In this document: piece after piece, positions 11,766 through 23,428 of the stretch | Numbering within the stretch: the first letter of the stretch is position 1 | How the letters are laid out: the number at the start of each line of letters is the position of its first letter | Assembly: GCA_964019335.1 (NCBI GenBank) | Contig: OZ025742.1 | Span: forward strand, 186,001-250,000 | DNA length: 64,000 nucleotides | Source: Diplonema japonicum | Taxonomy: Eukaryota; Protista; Euglenozoa: Diplonemea | Reading direction: 5' to 3' | The notes under the pieces: generated by a model | What the model saw: the letters and a program-made list of their open reading frames with translations, nothing else | Databases searched by the model: none | What the model was told of the DNA's origin: nothing | Position numbers and translations under genes: made by a program

Positions 11766-13923
11766 TTACATGCCCAGTTGCGAGAAAACATTTTGCGAAG
11801 GTGCTTTAGGGGCACCGAAGTCCATCCCAAGGGAAGAGAAAGGATCGGGACCGGCAGGTGCAGCGAAAGGGTTCATCTCTTGCTGTGCCTGACCACCCAT
11901 CTGACCACCCATCTGCGCACCTTGCCCTTGTTGGGCCATGCCCATCTGTTGGCCGTTCATCCCACTCATCTGCCCCATGCCCGCCTGCCCTTGTTGCATG
12001 CCCATCCCCATCTGATTTTGGTTTTGGTTTTGCTGGCCCATTCCCATTCCCATCTGGTTCTGCATGGCCTGGCCCTGTCCGTTCATCCCCATCCCTTGAC
12101 CTTGTTGCTGGACCATCCCTTGCTGTCCCATTCCTTGTTGGACCATCCCTTGCTGTCCCATCATGTTTTGCTGGCCCATCCCGACTCCTTGTTGACCCAT
12201 CCCCATTCCTTGCTGCTGGCCCATTCCCATTCCCATGCCTTGCTGGCCCATTCCTTGCATGTTTTGATTCTGCTGTCCCATGTTCATGCCCTGCATGCCT
12301 TGTTGTATTCCTTGCATCCCTTGATTCATTCCTTGCATGCCTTGTCCTTGTTGGCCCATTCCCATCCCTTGCCCTTGCTGTCCCATTCCCATCCCTTGCT
12401 GGCCCATTCCTTGTTGCATGCCTTGCCCCTGCTGGCCCATTCCTTGCATGCCTTGCCCTTGTTGCCCCATTCCCATGCCTTGCTGGCCCATTCCTTGTTG
12501 CATGCCTTGCCCTTGCTGGCCCATGCCCATGCCCATCTGCTGGCCACCGAACCCGGTCATGCCTTGCTGCATGCCTTGCCCCTGCTGGTTCATGCCAAAA
12601 CCCTGCTGGCCCATGTTGCCTCCTGCAGGAGGCGTGGGGCCGAACAGGTCGTCCATGTCGAGCTCTGTGTGTTGTGCTGCAGTGTGCTGTGCATACTTTT
12701 GTTCTTGGGCTCTTCTTTAGGTTTGTTGGCGGCGACCACGGCAGGGGCGAACATGTCGTCCAGCTGTGCAGTGCGTGCTGCATGTTGTGCGACATACCTC
12801 GCTGCTTGGCTTTTGGGGTGGCTGCGCGAAGAGGTCGGGCTGCGCCTGCGCCTGCTGCTGCTGCTTCTGCGAGAAGAGATCATTGGAAGCAAAGAGATCC
12901 TGCTCCTGCTTGGCGGCAACAGGGGCAGCAGGAGTCGAGAAGAGGTCAGCAGTGGGTGCAGGCGTGGGAGCTGGAGCTGAGGTGGTAGAGGCGGTCGTCT
13001 GGAAGAGACTTTGCGAAGATGCAGGGGGGGGGAAGAGGCTCTGTGATGGGGGGGTGCGCTGCGGCACAGCAGCCGCAGGAGTAGGGGTAGGAGTAGGAGT
13101 AGGGTCAGCAGCTGGGGCTGTTGGTGTGGGAGCGGCTGCTGAAGCAGGAGGCTTGGGTGCCTCGCACACAGTACATGTCCTGTCGCTGGTTCCGTTGACC
13201 AACGTGCATCTTGGACACTGCCATTGCCCTGCCGCCAACTGCACAGTACCAGAGCTGGGGTCGGAGTGCAGAGTGCTGTGCGTCTGCTGCTGTGGTTGCT
13301 GGGAAGGCGCTGCTGCTGCAGCCGCGGGCGCCGCTTCTTGCCCACTCTTCTTGTACCATCTCTTGGCTTCGTAGGTGTTTCTGTAAAGGAGCATTGTCCC
13401 TCCCCATCTTTTGTGTTTCCGCATACACAATAAAAGTCTTGATCCTCATAGTCTCGCCAGGCTTCGGCACGTCGTAGGAGGTCCTGTCAAGGGTGGCCCG
13501 CCAGATGGAGGCTGCAACCTGTGTGTGTATGTGTGTCCTGTGTGACAAAGCATTCTACCTGGTTGCCGCCGTTCTTGAGATTCGCCATTTCACTGTCTGA
13601 AAACTCAGAGAGACCAATCCCCTTCACGTGGTGCTGTTTGTCACGGCTGTGCGTGTGTTTTTTTTTTTTTTTTTTCTTTTTTTTTTCTTCTTTCTTGCAT
13701 CACATACTGGATAGCGGAACAATGCTCACACACAAACACACTAAAGTCAGTGACAACGTATGTTGGGTTCTATAAGAATGCAAGCTTAAAAGGACCAAAA
13801 AAGAAAATCAGTACATACATTCCTGGAACAATCCATGCACCTCTTGTTGTCGCCTGTACTGGTCATCGTCCGCAGCGTTGTTTTGTTTTGTTCATTCTTC
13901 TTCCTTTGCTTTGCAGTCGACAT
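11766..13923 (-). CDS. ArfGAP (AGFG-like) with RanBP2/NZF zinc finger and Q/G/M-rich low-complexity tail; at least 6 introns
   Basis: Spliced: NKRCMDCSRN|NPTYVVTDFSVFVCEHCSAIH|RDKQHHVKGI...GGNQ|VAASIW...FIV|NTYEAKRW. Then WQCPRCTLVN...CTVC, DLF, NPF and DPF motifs and QQGMGMG repeats. The last exon is uncertain. Confidence 0.88.
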
Positions 13924-14065
13924 CCTTCTTTCTTTTTTTTTCTTGGTTTTCTTTTTTTTCTCCCCCCTTTTTTTTTTCTTTACGAACAATCGACTGGCTC
14001 AATAAAAGAGAGAGAAGAAGAAAAAAGAAAACTCTACTACACAAAAAAAAACCCCCCTCCTCCCT

Positions 14066-14643
14066 TCATGTTTTTTTCTGGTCTGCTGTTTTCTTTCTTT
14101 TTGCCTTCGGTTCTGCATCCTCATCACCCCGGGGCTCATTTGTGGTTTTGGCCATGGCCTCAACTCCTTTCAAATCTTCTTCCTCCTTAATAGAGGCAAG
14201 TACCATAGTTTGGGCGATGTCCGTCCTAAGGGGCACGTTTTGGATACTGTGTTTATTTAATTTTTTTTTTTCTTTTTTAAAGCATACGGAGTGCTTTTAC
14301 TAGTTTGTGCATTCAGAATATTTGTAGACTCAGACACAATAATGGGGTGGTTTTTTGTGTTGTCCGTGTGAGCTGCAAGAACACGTTTGAAGGTTATTTT
14401 CTTCTGCGCTGTGGCGCAGTGATTCATCTCAACATCATACACGAGCCCCGACCCCACGAATTCATTCCATGTCCCTTCATACACCTTCTCCCCTATTCTC
14501 AGAATCGGTTTGCTGGAGTCCGCCCCGATCAGCTGGCATTCCAACCCTTGCACGTCTATTTCCCCACCATCGTAGTCGGGAATCTCCAGCACTACGTCCT
14601 GCTCCACTACTGACTCGGAGTCACTGTCCTCAATCCCTGCCAT
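14066..14643 (-). CDS. TFIIIC subunit 6 (triple-barrel domain)-like protein; 3' exon structure uncertain
   Basis: CQLIGADSSKPILRIGEKVYEGTWNEFVGSGLVY fits the TFIIIC_sub6 pattern. A downstream exon YPKRALRTD...KKT* follows an ACAG acceptor. Confidence 0.65.
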
Positions 14644-14753
14644 CTCTCCCTCCTCCCCCCCAGCTGTTCTGACCATACCAATGGAAAGGCTGATATATAT
14701 AAAAGGTCATAAAAGGTCCCAGGGGAAAAAAAAAAGGGGGGTGAGGGGGAATC

Positions 14754-15593
14754 TTACACTTCAGCCATTGTGCTCAGTACCTCATATCCTATGTACCCAT
14801 ACAGAGCGTACACCATCACCCTGAAGTAGGTGTCGATACCCTTTAGAAGGCTTTTTTTAAGGTTCGGTGCCTTGGCGATTTCGGCGAGGGTGTCGAGGTG
14901 GATTTTGGTGTGCTCTTCAATTCGTTTGAAGTGCGCTTTTTGCGCCACCTCTTCGTCAGCTGTGAAGGTGGAGATTTCCTGTTCGTGTCCTTCTTGCGCC
15001 CTGGACTCGATCACCTTGATCTCCCTCAGAGCTTCTTCCGACTGTTTTAATAGAAGTTGGAGTTCCAGTTTATCGGCTTTTGCTTTAGCTATCTCGTCGC
15101 TGTTTCGCTGCTGCAGTTCAGCAACGGCGCGAGCTGTTTTGTGTTCCTCCTGTCTGAGCGCAAGGAGGTTGCGTTGCATTACTAAGTTATCCCGTTCTTG
15201 TGCGATGGCTGCAGCTTTCTTGGAGAAGCGAATTTTTATGGGTTTGATTCCCTTCCTTCCCGTGTACTTTACTGTGGAGAATTTCTCGCTAGCTTCGCCG
15301 AGACTGGTAGATGCAGCTACCTTCTGTTCCCTTCTCTTCCGGCGTGCCTCGTCATATACTGAGTCGTCCAGCGATTCCACGTTGCGGATCTCCTTCAGGA
15401 TAGCCGAGTGAGTGGCCATTCCCTCTTCCATCATCTTTTTGTGTGCCGCTTCTTGTGCCATCATCAGCTTCTTGTGCTCCAAATACACCAGCGACCCCTT
15501 CCCCATAAGCTCCAGTTGCAGGTCCTGCAAAGGTTTGGCAACATCAACATTCATCTTGGAAAGCATCGACAGGAACACCCCACGGGACGACAT
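14754..15593 (-). CDS. Coiled-coil protein with C-terminal hydrophobic (tail-anchor-like) segment
   Basis: Probable start MSSRGVFLS; the upstream in-frame part is homopolymeric spacer. C-terminus YFRVMVYALYGYIGYEVL. Confidence 0.7.
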   Translation of the reverse strand: MSSRGVFLSMLSKMNVDVAKPLQDLQLELMGKGSLVYLEHKKLMMAQEAAHKKMMEEGMATHSAILKEIRNVESLDDSVYDEARRKRREQKVAASTSLGEASEKFSTVKYTGRKGIKPIKIRFSKKAAAIAQERDNLVMQRNLLALRQEEHKTARAVAELQQRNSDEIAKAKADKLELQLLLKQSEEALREIKVIESRAQEGHEQEISTFTADEEVAQKAHFKRIEEHTKIHLDTLAEIAKAPNLKKSLLKGIDTYFRVMVYALYGYIGYEVLSTMAEV

Positions 15594-15841
15594 ACTTTCT
15601 TGTCTTTTTGATAGTTTTTTTTTTCTTTCCCTATAATACTGCATGCAATTGAAAGGAGGTGGTGGTGGGGGGGAGGTGGTGGTGTATACAAACAAACAAC
15701 TTTCTTTCATTTTTTTTTCTTCTTGTTTCTTTTTTTTTTGTTTTCTTCCTTTTCTATTTTTTTTCATTTCAAGCACATAAAAGGAGGGGGGGGGGGGGGG
15801 GGGGGTGAACACAGTTCCTCTCCAAAACCTTTTGTCCACCC

Positions 15842-16971
15842 CTACATTCTGATGTACCCCACACGTGGCAATATCTCACCGTCGCTTCTATCCCACTGTA
15901 TATATTTGTTTTTGTTTCTTCTTCTTTTTTTTTTTTTTTTTTCCATCCAAATTCGTCCCTTAATACCTCATCCACAAAGGACTCCCAAAAACCTTTCTTC
16001 TTCTTTGAAGAAACAGGCTTCGAAACCGACTTCACGACGCTGTTCACAGGGTTGATGGGGGCGACACGCGGTTTGTCATGCAAGCCTTTGGCCAGCCGGT
16101 TAACTAACTCACGCTTGTCAAGAGTAGTGCATCGTTGCTGCCGCTCCCAGTTCTCGACGATGTTGTTCCACTCCACAGGCGTGGTGTTGAGGCTACCCGA
16201 CGCGCATGAAGAGGATACCCTGAGGGTGTAGCTATCGTGCGGGAGGTGCCTTCTCAGGTCGTGCACAATGAACTCCCAGAACGCAGGTGCCGCACGGAAG
16301 GACACTTCATCGCCCCCACATCCCCGAGTCGGGGTGACTGTGATAACATGTCTATTCGCCTCCTTCCACGCCTCGGTGTAGGAGAAAAGAAAGTCCTTGT
16401 TCACCCTGATGCTTTCGCCGGTATGGCTAGCGGTAACTAAGTAGTATGGTGGATCGTCGGAGTAATCACACAACTGCGTGGAGAGCCGGAAGAACATCCA
16501 GAAGTCTGTGTCGGCTGGCACCACGAACTCTTTCTCGCTCAACCCCAACGCCGTGTTCTTCTCACGTTGTTTGATCATAAGACGCGACTGGTGGAGGTAC
16601 AGGAACGGGAGGAACGGAGGCATCGAGGGGACCACCACATCCATCACGTTGGAGGTGATGGCTGGCGAGGGGGGTTGTGGTGTGCGAGGTGGGGAGGCTT
16701 TCACTTTGCTGTTTTGCATCTCAACACGTAACGCTACTTCTGCTTTATACACAACTTCGCTGTTTTCCCCTCTTAGCGACACCAAGCCACCATGTGTCTC
16801 CAGCATCAAAACCTCCTCCCCCTCCGGTCTGGCTATCCGTAAGATATCCTTCACGTCATGCAGCACACCCTCCCCAGACCCAACGTCACAGATGTGCAAA
16901 ACACCATCATATAAACTGACTCCTCTCTGCAGCCCTTCACACCAAAACGTGCCTAGCCATTGCTGCGTCAT
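15842..16971 (-). CDS. Hypothetical protein; 1 poly(A) intron
   Basis: Starts MTQQWLGTF. Removing GTATTA...poly-A...TACAG gives FVDE|WDRSDGEILPRVGYIRM*. Confidence 0.65.
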
Positions 16972-17552
16972 TCATTCATTATTTTCCGCCTTTTTTTTTT
17001 CTCTTCTTCTTTTTTCCCCCTTCTTCGTATTTTAATAAAAGGAAGAAGAGCAGGAAAAGGGGGGGGAAGAAAAAAAGGGGTGCACAAAAAAAAAGAGGGG
17101 AACAACAGGGAAGAACATGGGTCGGGGTGGGAAGGGGAGAGGAAGGGGGCGCAGGTACAAAAAAAAAGGAAGAATTCTTTTTCAGTTTCTTTCTTTCTTT
17201 TATTTTTGTTATAAAAATAAACTTTTTTATCTAAGAGAGCACAAAGGTGGGGGAAGGTGAAGCTCGGTGGGGGGCCTCTTTTTCATTGGCTCTACAGCAG
17301 ATTCTTTTGTTAAAAAATGGGGGGGGGAGGCTTAAGGAAAAAAAAGAAGAGGAGAGGAGGTATAAAAAAGGGGGGGGAGAAAAAAACGCACACTTTCCTT
17401 CCCCTCTCCTTTTGTCTCCACCCACTACCCCCCCCCCCCCCCCCCCTTGAAAAGAAAAAATTCCCCGAATTTTGAAACGGTCGTTCAACAAAAGAAAAAT
17501 CTAAAAATCTACAAACAAAAGAAGAAGAAAAAAAAAAAATACCCCTCCTCCC

Positions 17553-19964
17553 TCAATAGTACTTCCCAGGAGTGTCCGTAAAAGTAGGAGAGGTGCCTCT
17601 GGGCATAGAAGCGGTGAAATGAGAGGCCCGCTCCATTTGCTGTTCCAGTCGTTTAATCTGCATATCAGCTGCCTCCACACACTGGTCAAGCTCGGCTTCC
17701 TTGCGATTGAGTGACGAGGTCTCATCTAGGATGGTGTCGAGGCGTGTCTGCATGGTGTCCCGCTCCTTTCTGAGCTCGTCCAGTTCTGCCTCCGTTCTTG
17801 CGATTACTTCTTTGGCATCTTGCAGCTCGTCGCCCTGCTGTTCCATCATGGTTAGCTGCCTTTGGTACATTTGAATCTGGTCTTGGAGGATCTGCATGTT
17901 CCCTGCCTTGTCCCTCATGCGCGAGAGCTCGCCGAGTAGTCGTGTGTTCTGCTCGTTCACTTCTTCGTATTGTTTCAGTATACGCTGGTTCTCTGCAGAC
18001 AGCAGTTCCTTGTCCTTCTCCAGCTCCTCCTTCGACCTTCTCCCGCCCCTGCCCGCGGCCAACGCGAGGCTCCTGTTCTCCCTTTCCATCGAGAGCCTGT
18101 GAGTGTCGAGCTCATCGATTCTTTGCTGGTTGACCTTCACAATTGACTTCACCTTCTTGTTCTCTTCTTCCAGCCTTCTCACCTCGTCCATCTTGTCCTT
18201 GACCGTCCTTTCGTGGTCTAATGTTATCGCGCGCAGTTGTCCTTCGTATTCTAGCAGCTCGCTTCTCTTCATGTCCAGTTCTCTTGTCCTCTCTTGGTTC
18301 TTTTCCATCAGTCTCTTCATCTCGTCGTGGAGTGCTTGGTTCTCCGCCCGCAGTTCCACCACTTGCTTCGAGAGAGCCCCGAACTCCATCCGCATGGAGG
18401 TTCCGTCGAGCCTCTCCTTGTCCGCCACCTTTTGCAGGTTCGACAGCTCTTGCGTCGTGTTGTTCAGATCCCTCCGCAGGTCGTCGATCTCCCTCTCGTA
18501 CATATTCTTGCTCAGGGACAGCTCTTCCTTCAGCTGGTGCACTGCTAGGTTTCTGTCCTCCTCTACCGACCGCTTGAGATGTGTCATCTGCTCTGCACCC
18601 CTTGCCAGCTCTTTTGTCGCTCGGTCCCTGTCGTCCTGCACCTCTGTCATTCTGCGTGTCATTACTTTCAGTTCGTCACTTAGTCTGCTGCACTCCCTGT
18701 CCGTCTCGACCCTCATCTGCACCACTACTGACTGGTGTTCTTCGTTCTTCGCGTGCATCGTTTCCTTGTGCGTGTTTATCTCTGTCTGCAGCGTGTTTCT
18801 TATACGCGAGAAGTCCTGTATGTCGATCTCAAGTACGCGTATCTTGTTCTGCATTTCCTTGTTGCTCCTCACCGCCTCTGTCGCCTGGTCCTGGTACCTC
18901 ACCTTCTCCGACTCCGCATGCTGCAGGTTGTCCATAAGCTGCTGCAGCGTCTTCTCATGTTCCTTGGTCTTCTCCATATTGTTGCGGATGGCAGCAGATC
19001 CCTTCCTCAGCTTGTCCTCGAGCTGCTTGTTTTCGAGTTGCAGGCTGTCGATCTGGTCTTGCAGTTGTCCTTCTGTGTGCTTCGATAGCTTCGACTTGTC
19101 GTTATCCGAGTACCTAGCAAGCTCAGACCTTGTAGTGTTGAGTTGCGCCCAGACTTCCTTGTTTTCTCTCAGCAACGTGAGCACGAGCGCATTGCTCTCC
19201 TCCTCCACTTCCTTGATCAGGAACTTGAGGCTGTCCTTCATGCCCTCGTTTTCAAAGGTAAGCCTCTGCAACATCTGCTGCTGTTCCGTGATGGTGCTCG
19301 TCAGCTCCGACGTGATGACAGTGAACTGCGCATCCTTGCTCTCCCTGTCCTCCCCTATCCTGTCCAGCGAGTCGCTGAGCAGACTCCTGAAGTAGTCCAT
19401 AAACTGATGCTGCTTTTCGCGGAGGGCGTCTGCAGAACCAGATGTTCTGACGAGGTTTTCCTTCCAGTCTTTAACCTCTTCTTCTCTGTCCATCTGCTGC
19501 TTTCTGATCGCTTCTTGCTGTTGATCAATGATCTCCTGTCTAGCCCGAAGCTGATCCCTCAGGTTGTCTGTGGCCCTCTGCTGGTCCCTGTGCATTTGTC
19601 TTTCGTTCTTAATAATCTCCTCTGCCTCCTTCATTCTGTCATCGAACTCCTTCACGCGCGCCACAACTGTTGAGTACTTGTTTGTCAGTGCCACCTTTGA
19701 CACTTTCTCCTCGTTCAGTTTCAAACTCATCTGCAGCACCTTTTCGTTGGCTGTTTTAAGGTCCCTCTTCACCCTACCTAGTTCGCTTTGACTGCTGCTC
19801 AACCTGTTTCTCAGCAGGTTGCTCTGTACCCCGACCACGTTCCCCTCGTCAGGTGTGTGCGGTGCGCTGTCCAATCCGAAGGGCGATGCCATCCCCAGCC
19901 CACCCCTCTGCCCCAGGGGAGTAGTCGGCGGCGGCCTTGCTGGTTTAAAGGCGCCTTGGGACAT
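17553..19964 (-). CDS. Long coiled-coil protein (803 aa)
   Basis: Uninterrupted ORF with heptad composition, preceded by a pyrimidine tract and TACAG at 19971. Confidence 0.85.
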   Translation of the reverse strand: MSQGAFKPARPPPTTPLGQRGGLGMASPFGLDSAPHTPDEGNVVGVQSNLLRNRLSSSQSELGRVKRDLKTANEKVLQMSLKLNEEKVSKVALTNKYSTVVARVKEFDDRMKEAEEIIKNERQMHRDQQRATDNLRDQLRARQEIIDQQQEAIRKQQMDREEEVKDWKENLVRTSGSADALREKQHQFMDYFRSLLSDSLDRIGEDRESKDAQFTVITSELTSTITEQQQMLQRLTFENEGMKDSLKFLIKEVEEESNALVLTLLRENKEVWAQLNTTRSELARYSDNDKSKLSKHTEGQLQDQIDSLQLENKQLEDKLRKGSAAIRNNMEKTKEHEKTLQQLMDNLQHAESEKVRYQDQATEAVRSNKEMQNKIRVLEIDIQDFSRIRNTLQTEINTHKETMHAKNEEHQSVVVQMRVETDRECSRLSDELKVMTRRMTEVQDDRDRATKELARGAEQMTHLKRSVEEDRNLAVHQLKEELSLSKNMYEREIDDLRRDLNNTTQELSNLQKVADKERLDGTSMRMEFGALSKQVVELRAENQALHDEMKRLMEKNQERTRELDMKRSELLEYEGQLRAITLDHERTVKDKMDEVRRLEEENKKVKSIVKVNQQRIDELDTHRLSMERENRSLALAAGRGGRRSKEELEKDKELLSAENQRILKQYEEVNEQNTRLLGELSRMRDKAGNMQILQDQIQMYQRQLTMMEQQGDELQDAKEVIARTEAELDELRKERDTMQTRLDTILDETSSLNRKEAELDQCVEAADMQIKRLEQQMERASHFTASMPRGTSPTFTDTPGKYY

Positions 19965-19970
19965 AATTAC

Positions 19971-20011
19971 CTGTAAAAAGTAGCGGTGGCCACAGAATGG
20001 AAAAAAGGAAA
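19971..20011 (-). promoter_or_regulatory. Putative trans-splice acceptor
   Basis: Minus strand TTTCCTTTTTTCCATTCTGTGGCCACCGCTACTTTTTACAG, 6 nt before the ATG. Confidence 0.5.
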
Positions 20012-20098
20012 TCTCTTAAGGGATAGGTTCCGAAACTAATGAATGAGGTGGGTCGGTGAGGGCGTCTATTCTTCGAAGCAGCAGAGAAATGTCAAGGG

Positions 20099-21346
20099 CT
20101 ACTCAAGGGCTATGGGGACTGAGTAAGCCACATTCTTGACTCGCTCAAGGGGGGTGTTTTCTGAGTATTGTTCCGTTTGCTGGGAGTTCGGTTCACACGG
20201 GATTGTTCCAAGAGAGTAGCGTTCGCTTATGCGAGAGTTAGAGTTGGCGCAAGGGCTGGAACAAGGGTCATCATCGTGGTAGGTCTCGAAGCCTGTCGCA
20301 CGGTCGACGAGGTTCCAGTCGTCAGTGTCCTTGCGCGTCACAGCACAGGTCTCAGTTTTGTACATAGCGGCAGCGAGGCCCTTCCCGAAACCCTTCACAG
20401 TGCGTGCCAGCATAACAAGCATCACCACCCTCGCCAACACGCAGAGCCCAATAGTCGTGTTGATTAGAATTAAGGCGGCGGTGGTCTCTTCGTTAGCAGT
20501 GATGTTGTTGCTCTCGACGGTGTTTATGCTCTCATGACGGACGACGTCTGTCTTCAGCTTCTCGTAGTTGCTGTTCAAGTGCACGATACCAACGACAGAC
20601 AACACCGGTTGTGCAAACGAGAACACTGCAAAGATCGTCAGGTAACTCGAGTCTTCAAGAGACACCCATCGTAATGTCGCAATGTACAGCAGCACGAGTG
20701 CTACAAGATACACAGCAAGCGACAATTGAGCCACGAGCGTGAGGTCGAAGTAAAAGCCTGCGATGATCAGTGTGAGCGCAGTGGTCTGGATATCCGTCTT
20801 CAGCGAACTTAGCCAGTATTGAAATGTTTTGTAAAGCCTGACGATGTGGAGCTTTGCCCCGACTGTGACGTAGATATGTCTGCCGTAGTCGTTGAACATG
20901 GTCTTTGAAAGAGCTAGGTAGCCTATCTGGCAGATGGTGACAGCTGCGAGGATGAGGGACTCGGTGATCTCGTGGGCGTAACCGCTGGTCATGAACCGCG
21001 AAACGAAGAGGAACCACAGTCTGACTGTGATGAGACCGCACCCCAAGTTGAAGACAACCAGCAGCATGGCGTTCTCTTTGAACACCGCATCGCATCCAAA
21101 GTACAACAAAAAGATCGCTCCCACCACCGTCATCATCCACAAGAACTTCCCATACCTATCCTCTGGCTGCTCTATCATCATATATATTGCCCCCGTTGAC
21201 ACCAGCGTAGCTTCCAGCACCGTTAGTGCAATGAACACTTTCGGCACCCATGCCCGCTCCCTCAGATCCAGCTCCTTCCACCCCTGTCTGAAGATACGGA
21301 CATCATCCATAATCTTTTGCTTCATATCTATCAGCAACGCACACAT
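20099..21346 (-). CDS. Multi-pass membrane protein (about 8 TM)
   Basis: Repeated hydrophobic segments. The ATG follows a TTTTTAACCTATTGCAG acceptor and lies only about 60 bp after the upstream stop. Confidence 0.8.
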   Translation of the reverse strand: MCALLIDMKQKIMDDVRIFRQGWKELDLRERAWVPKVFIALTVLEATLVSTGAIYMMIEQPEDRYGKFLWMMTVVGAIFLLYFGCDAVFKENAMLLVVFNLGCGLITVRLWFLFVSRFMTSGYAHEITESLILAAVTICQIGYLALSKTMFNDYGRHIYVTVGAKLHIVRLYKTFQYWLSSLKTDIQTTALTLIIAGFYFDLTLVAQLSLAVYLVALVLLYIATLRWVSLEDSSYLTIFAVFSFAQPVLSVVGIVHLNSNYEKLKTDVVRHESINTVESNNITANEETTAALILINTTIGLCVLARVVMLVMLARTVKGFGKGLAAAMYKTETCAVTRKDTDDWNLVDRATGFETYHDDDPCSSPCANSNSRISERYSLGTIPCEPNSQQTEQYSENTPLERVKNVAYSVPIALE

Positions 21347-21406
21347 TGTTGTAGAGCAGGGGTGCTGCAATAGGTTAAAAATGGGGTGCGATCAAAAACA
21401 GTCAAA

Positions 21407-22120
21407 TCACTGGAAAGCTTTTATATACTGCCCTTTGCTGAAAGAAATGAGACAATCTGTGGAACAGAGCGCGTACAGGAAAGGTATGTAGACCAGGCTC
21501 TCCGGGAGGATGGTGGGGATAGTTTGCTCGGCAGTCTTTTCAAATGAGAAGCAGGAGAAAGGTTTAGGAGGAAGGGGCTCAGTACAGCGGCATGTGTCGG
21601 GAGTGGAGTGGGGGAGGGATGGGGCGGGGTCGGACGGCCTGAGGAGTGGGTTGTTTAGGAGGTTGAGGTAGGTGAGCGATGTGACGAGGGGGTGCAGGGC
21701 CTCTGTGAAGAGTGTGATGCGGTTGTCTTCTAGAGACAGTGTTCTAAGTGAGCGCAGCTGTGCGAGGGACTCCGGGAGCGAACGCAGCTCGTTGCCGCCA
21801 AGGTACAACTCTTCGATGTACTTCAGCCCACACAAAACACTGGGCACTTCACCAAGACAGCACTGGGTGAGGTCCACCCTTGTAAGCCTCAGCCCCGTCA
21901 GTGTGTTTGGAATGCATCGTAGCCTCTTGTTCTGCTTCAACATAAGGTTCTTCAGCCCTTTCACATCTCCAATAGTGTACGGCACTTCTGTAAGCCACTC
22001 CCTGCCCTCCAGCCAGAGGCTGAGGCACCCACTGTCCTTCACAGTTTCGATGTCCTGTCGGGCCAGTTCATACGCAGCGTGCTCCATGGCAATGGACGCA
22101 ACCCGACGTGTCGACTGCAT
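21407..22120 (-). CDS. Leucine-rich repeat protein (typical LxxLxLxxN) with Cys-rich C-terminus
   Basis: LKYIEELYLGGNELRSLPESL, LRSLRTLSLEDNRI and LTYLNLLNNPL. Confidence 0.8.
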   Translation of the reverse strand: MQSTRRVASIAMEHAAYELARQDIETVKDSGCLSLWLEGREWLTEVPYTIGDVKGLKNLMLKQNKRLRCIPNTLTGLRLTRVDLTQCCLGEVPSVLCGLKYIEELYLGGNELRSLPESLAQLRSLRTLSLEDNRITLFTEALHPLVTSLTYLNLLNNPLLRPSDPAPSLPHSTPDTCRCTEPLPPKPFSCFSFEKTAEQTIPTILPESLVYIPFLYALCSTDCLISFSKGQYIKAFQ

Positions 22121-22454
22121 TGTGAGCTCAAAGGGATTACGCCGAAGAACAAGAGAAAAAAAAAATAATGAAGTAAAGGGTGCAATTTTAGGAAAACAGA
22201 ACCACATGGAAGATGAAATAGTATAAAAGATAAAGGAGGCCCGTGTTGGTTACAGGTACACCTCGGCCGAGCTGTAGCTAATTGTTCTGTTCCAGCCAGG
22301 CCCCGGGTAGCTAAGATTCCGTGTTCGTGCAGGTTGCTGCCTGTTCGTCAAACCGATGGGAGGAAGCTGCGAACGACACATCCGATGTACTTCTTTACAT
22401 CCCCATGTTATCCCTCCTCCTTTTTTTAATAAAGAGGGTTCACCCCTTACCCCC

Positions 22455-23297
22455 TCACCCCCTTCCAAACGACGTCTCGATGTCGTTGACGAGGTACTGC
22501 AGCGTGCGGTCTGTGTGGGTGTGTGTGTTTCTTCTTTTTCTCTCTCTTTCGTTTGTCCTATTCCCTCAACACACCGTATCGTTCGTTCAAACTATTGCCT
22601 GCTTCGATCTCTCGCTTTTGTGTCATTGTGTACCCCTTGTTCTCTAGTATCTCCGCTGTCAAAGGTGCGAACCTATGGTGGAACAGCGTCACTGCATTCT
22701 GTGAATTGTACAACTCGCCAATAGAGTCCATCCTCTTGCAGAGATGCTGCACCCTTTCTAGATCATTTGTTGCGTCTTTCTTTGGACGGTAAGCCGGGAA
22801 GAGCCTCTGCAGGCTGCCGTAGTCTTCGGTGTCACCGCCATGAAGACAAGCGGGGTGCACCACATGCCACGGCCAAGGGGCCCGTTGCTTCCTCCACCTC
22901 TCCCAAGGGAGCAGAGCGGTGGGCTTTGCCTTTATATAGCTTCTTCTTATGTACTCCTTGCTGAAACCCTCACAGTACACGCTGTCTGCCATGCTCTCTT
23001 CGACGAACTTGCATACATTGTCCCAAAACGTAGGGAATGCGTAATCGTACAGTGGTATCACCACTACTTGCATCGGCTTCGTTGGGATGCTGCCCTTCCT
23101 GTCCATGTCCTTGATCTCTTCCATGTTCAACTGGAACACGTGTGCTGCTGCTACCACTGACGTGTCTGTTAGAAGGTGATTTGTTTCTTCCGTTTTAAGG
23201 TTCCCAACATACAGGTCCCCGAACTATGATCCAGATTTTTCTTGTACACAAACTCTTGAGGGAGATACTTCCGCAGAACCACTCTACTGGCTCGCAT
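22455..23297 (-). CDS. Hypothetical protein with short mitochondrial-type presequence; at least 2 introns, 3' end uncertain
   Basis: MRASRVVLRKYLPQEF...SSGT|YTSVVAAAH via intron 23166-23212. A second intron near 22512-22573 gives ERY|DRTLQYLVND. Confidence 0.6.
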
Positions 23298-23428
23298 TTT
23301 TTTCTTTTTTCTTGCTGCGAAAATAAAACTCAAAACTTCCCCCTCTGTGATATTTATCAGATTGCAAAATTCAAACACATAACGTACCATCTAAAGGGGG
23401 GGGGGGGGGGGGGGGGGGGGGAGGTCGG

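Noticed and set aside
11667-12988. Long plus-strand ORFs (437 and 376 aa), similarly 18103-19395
   Set aside because: These are antisense shadows of low-complexity or coiled-coil minus-strand genes.
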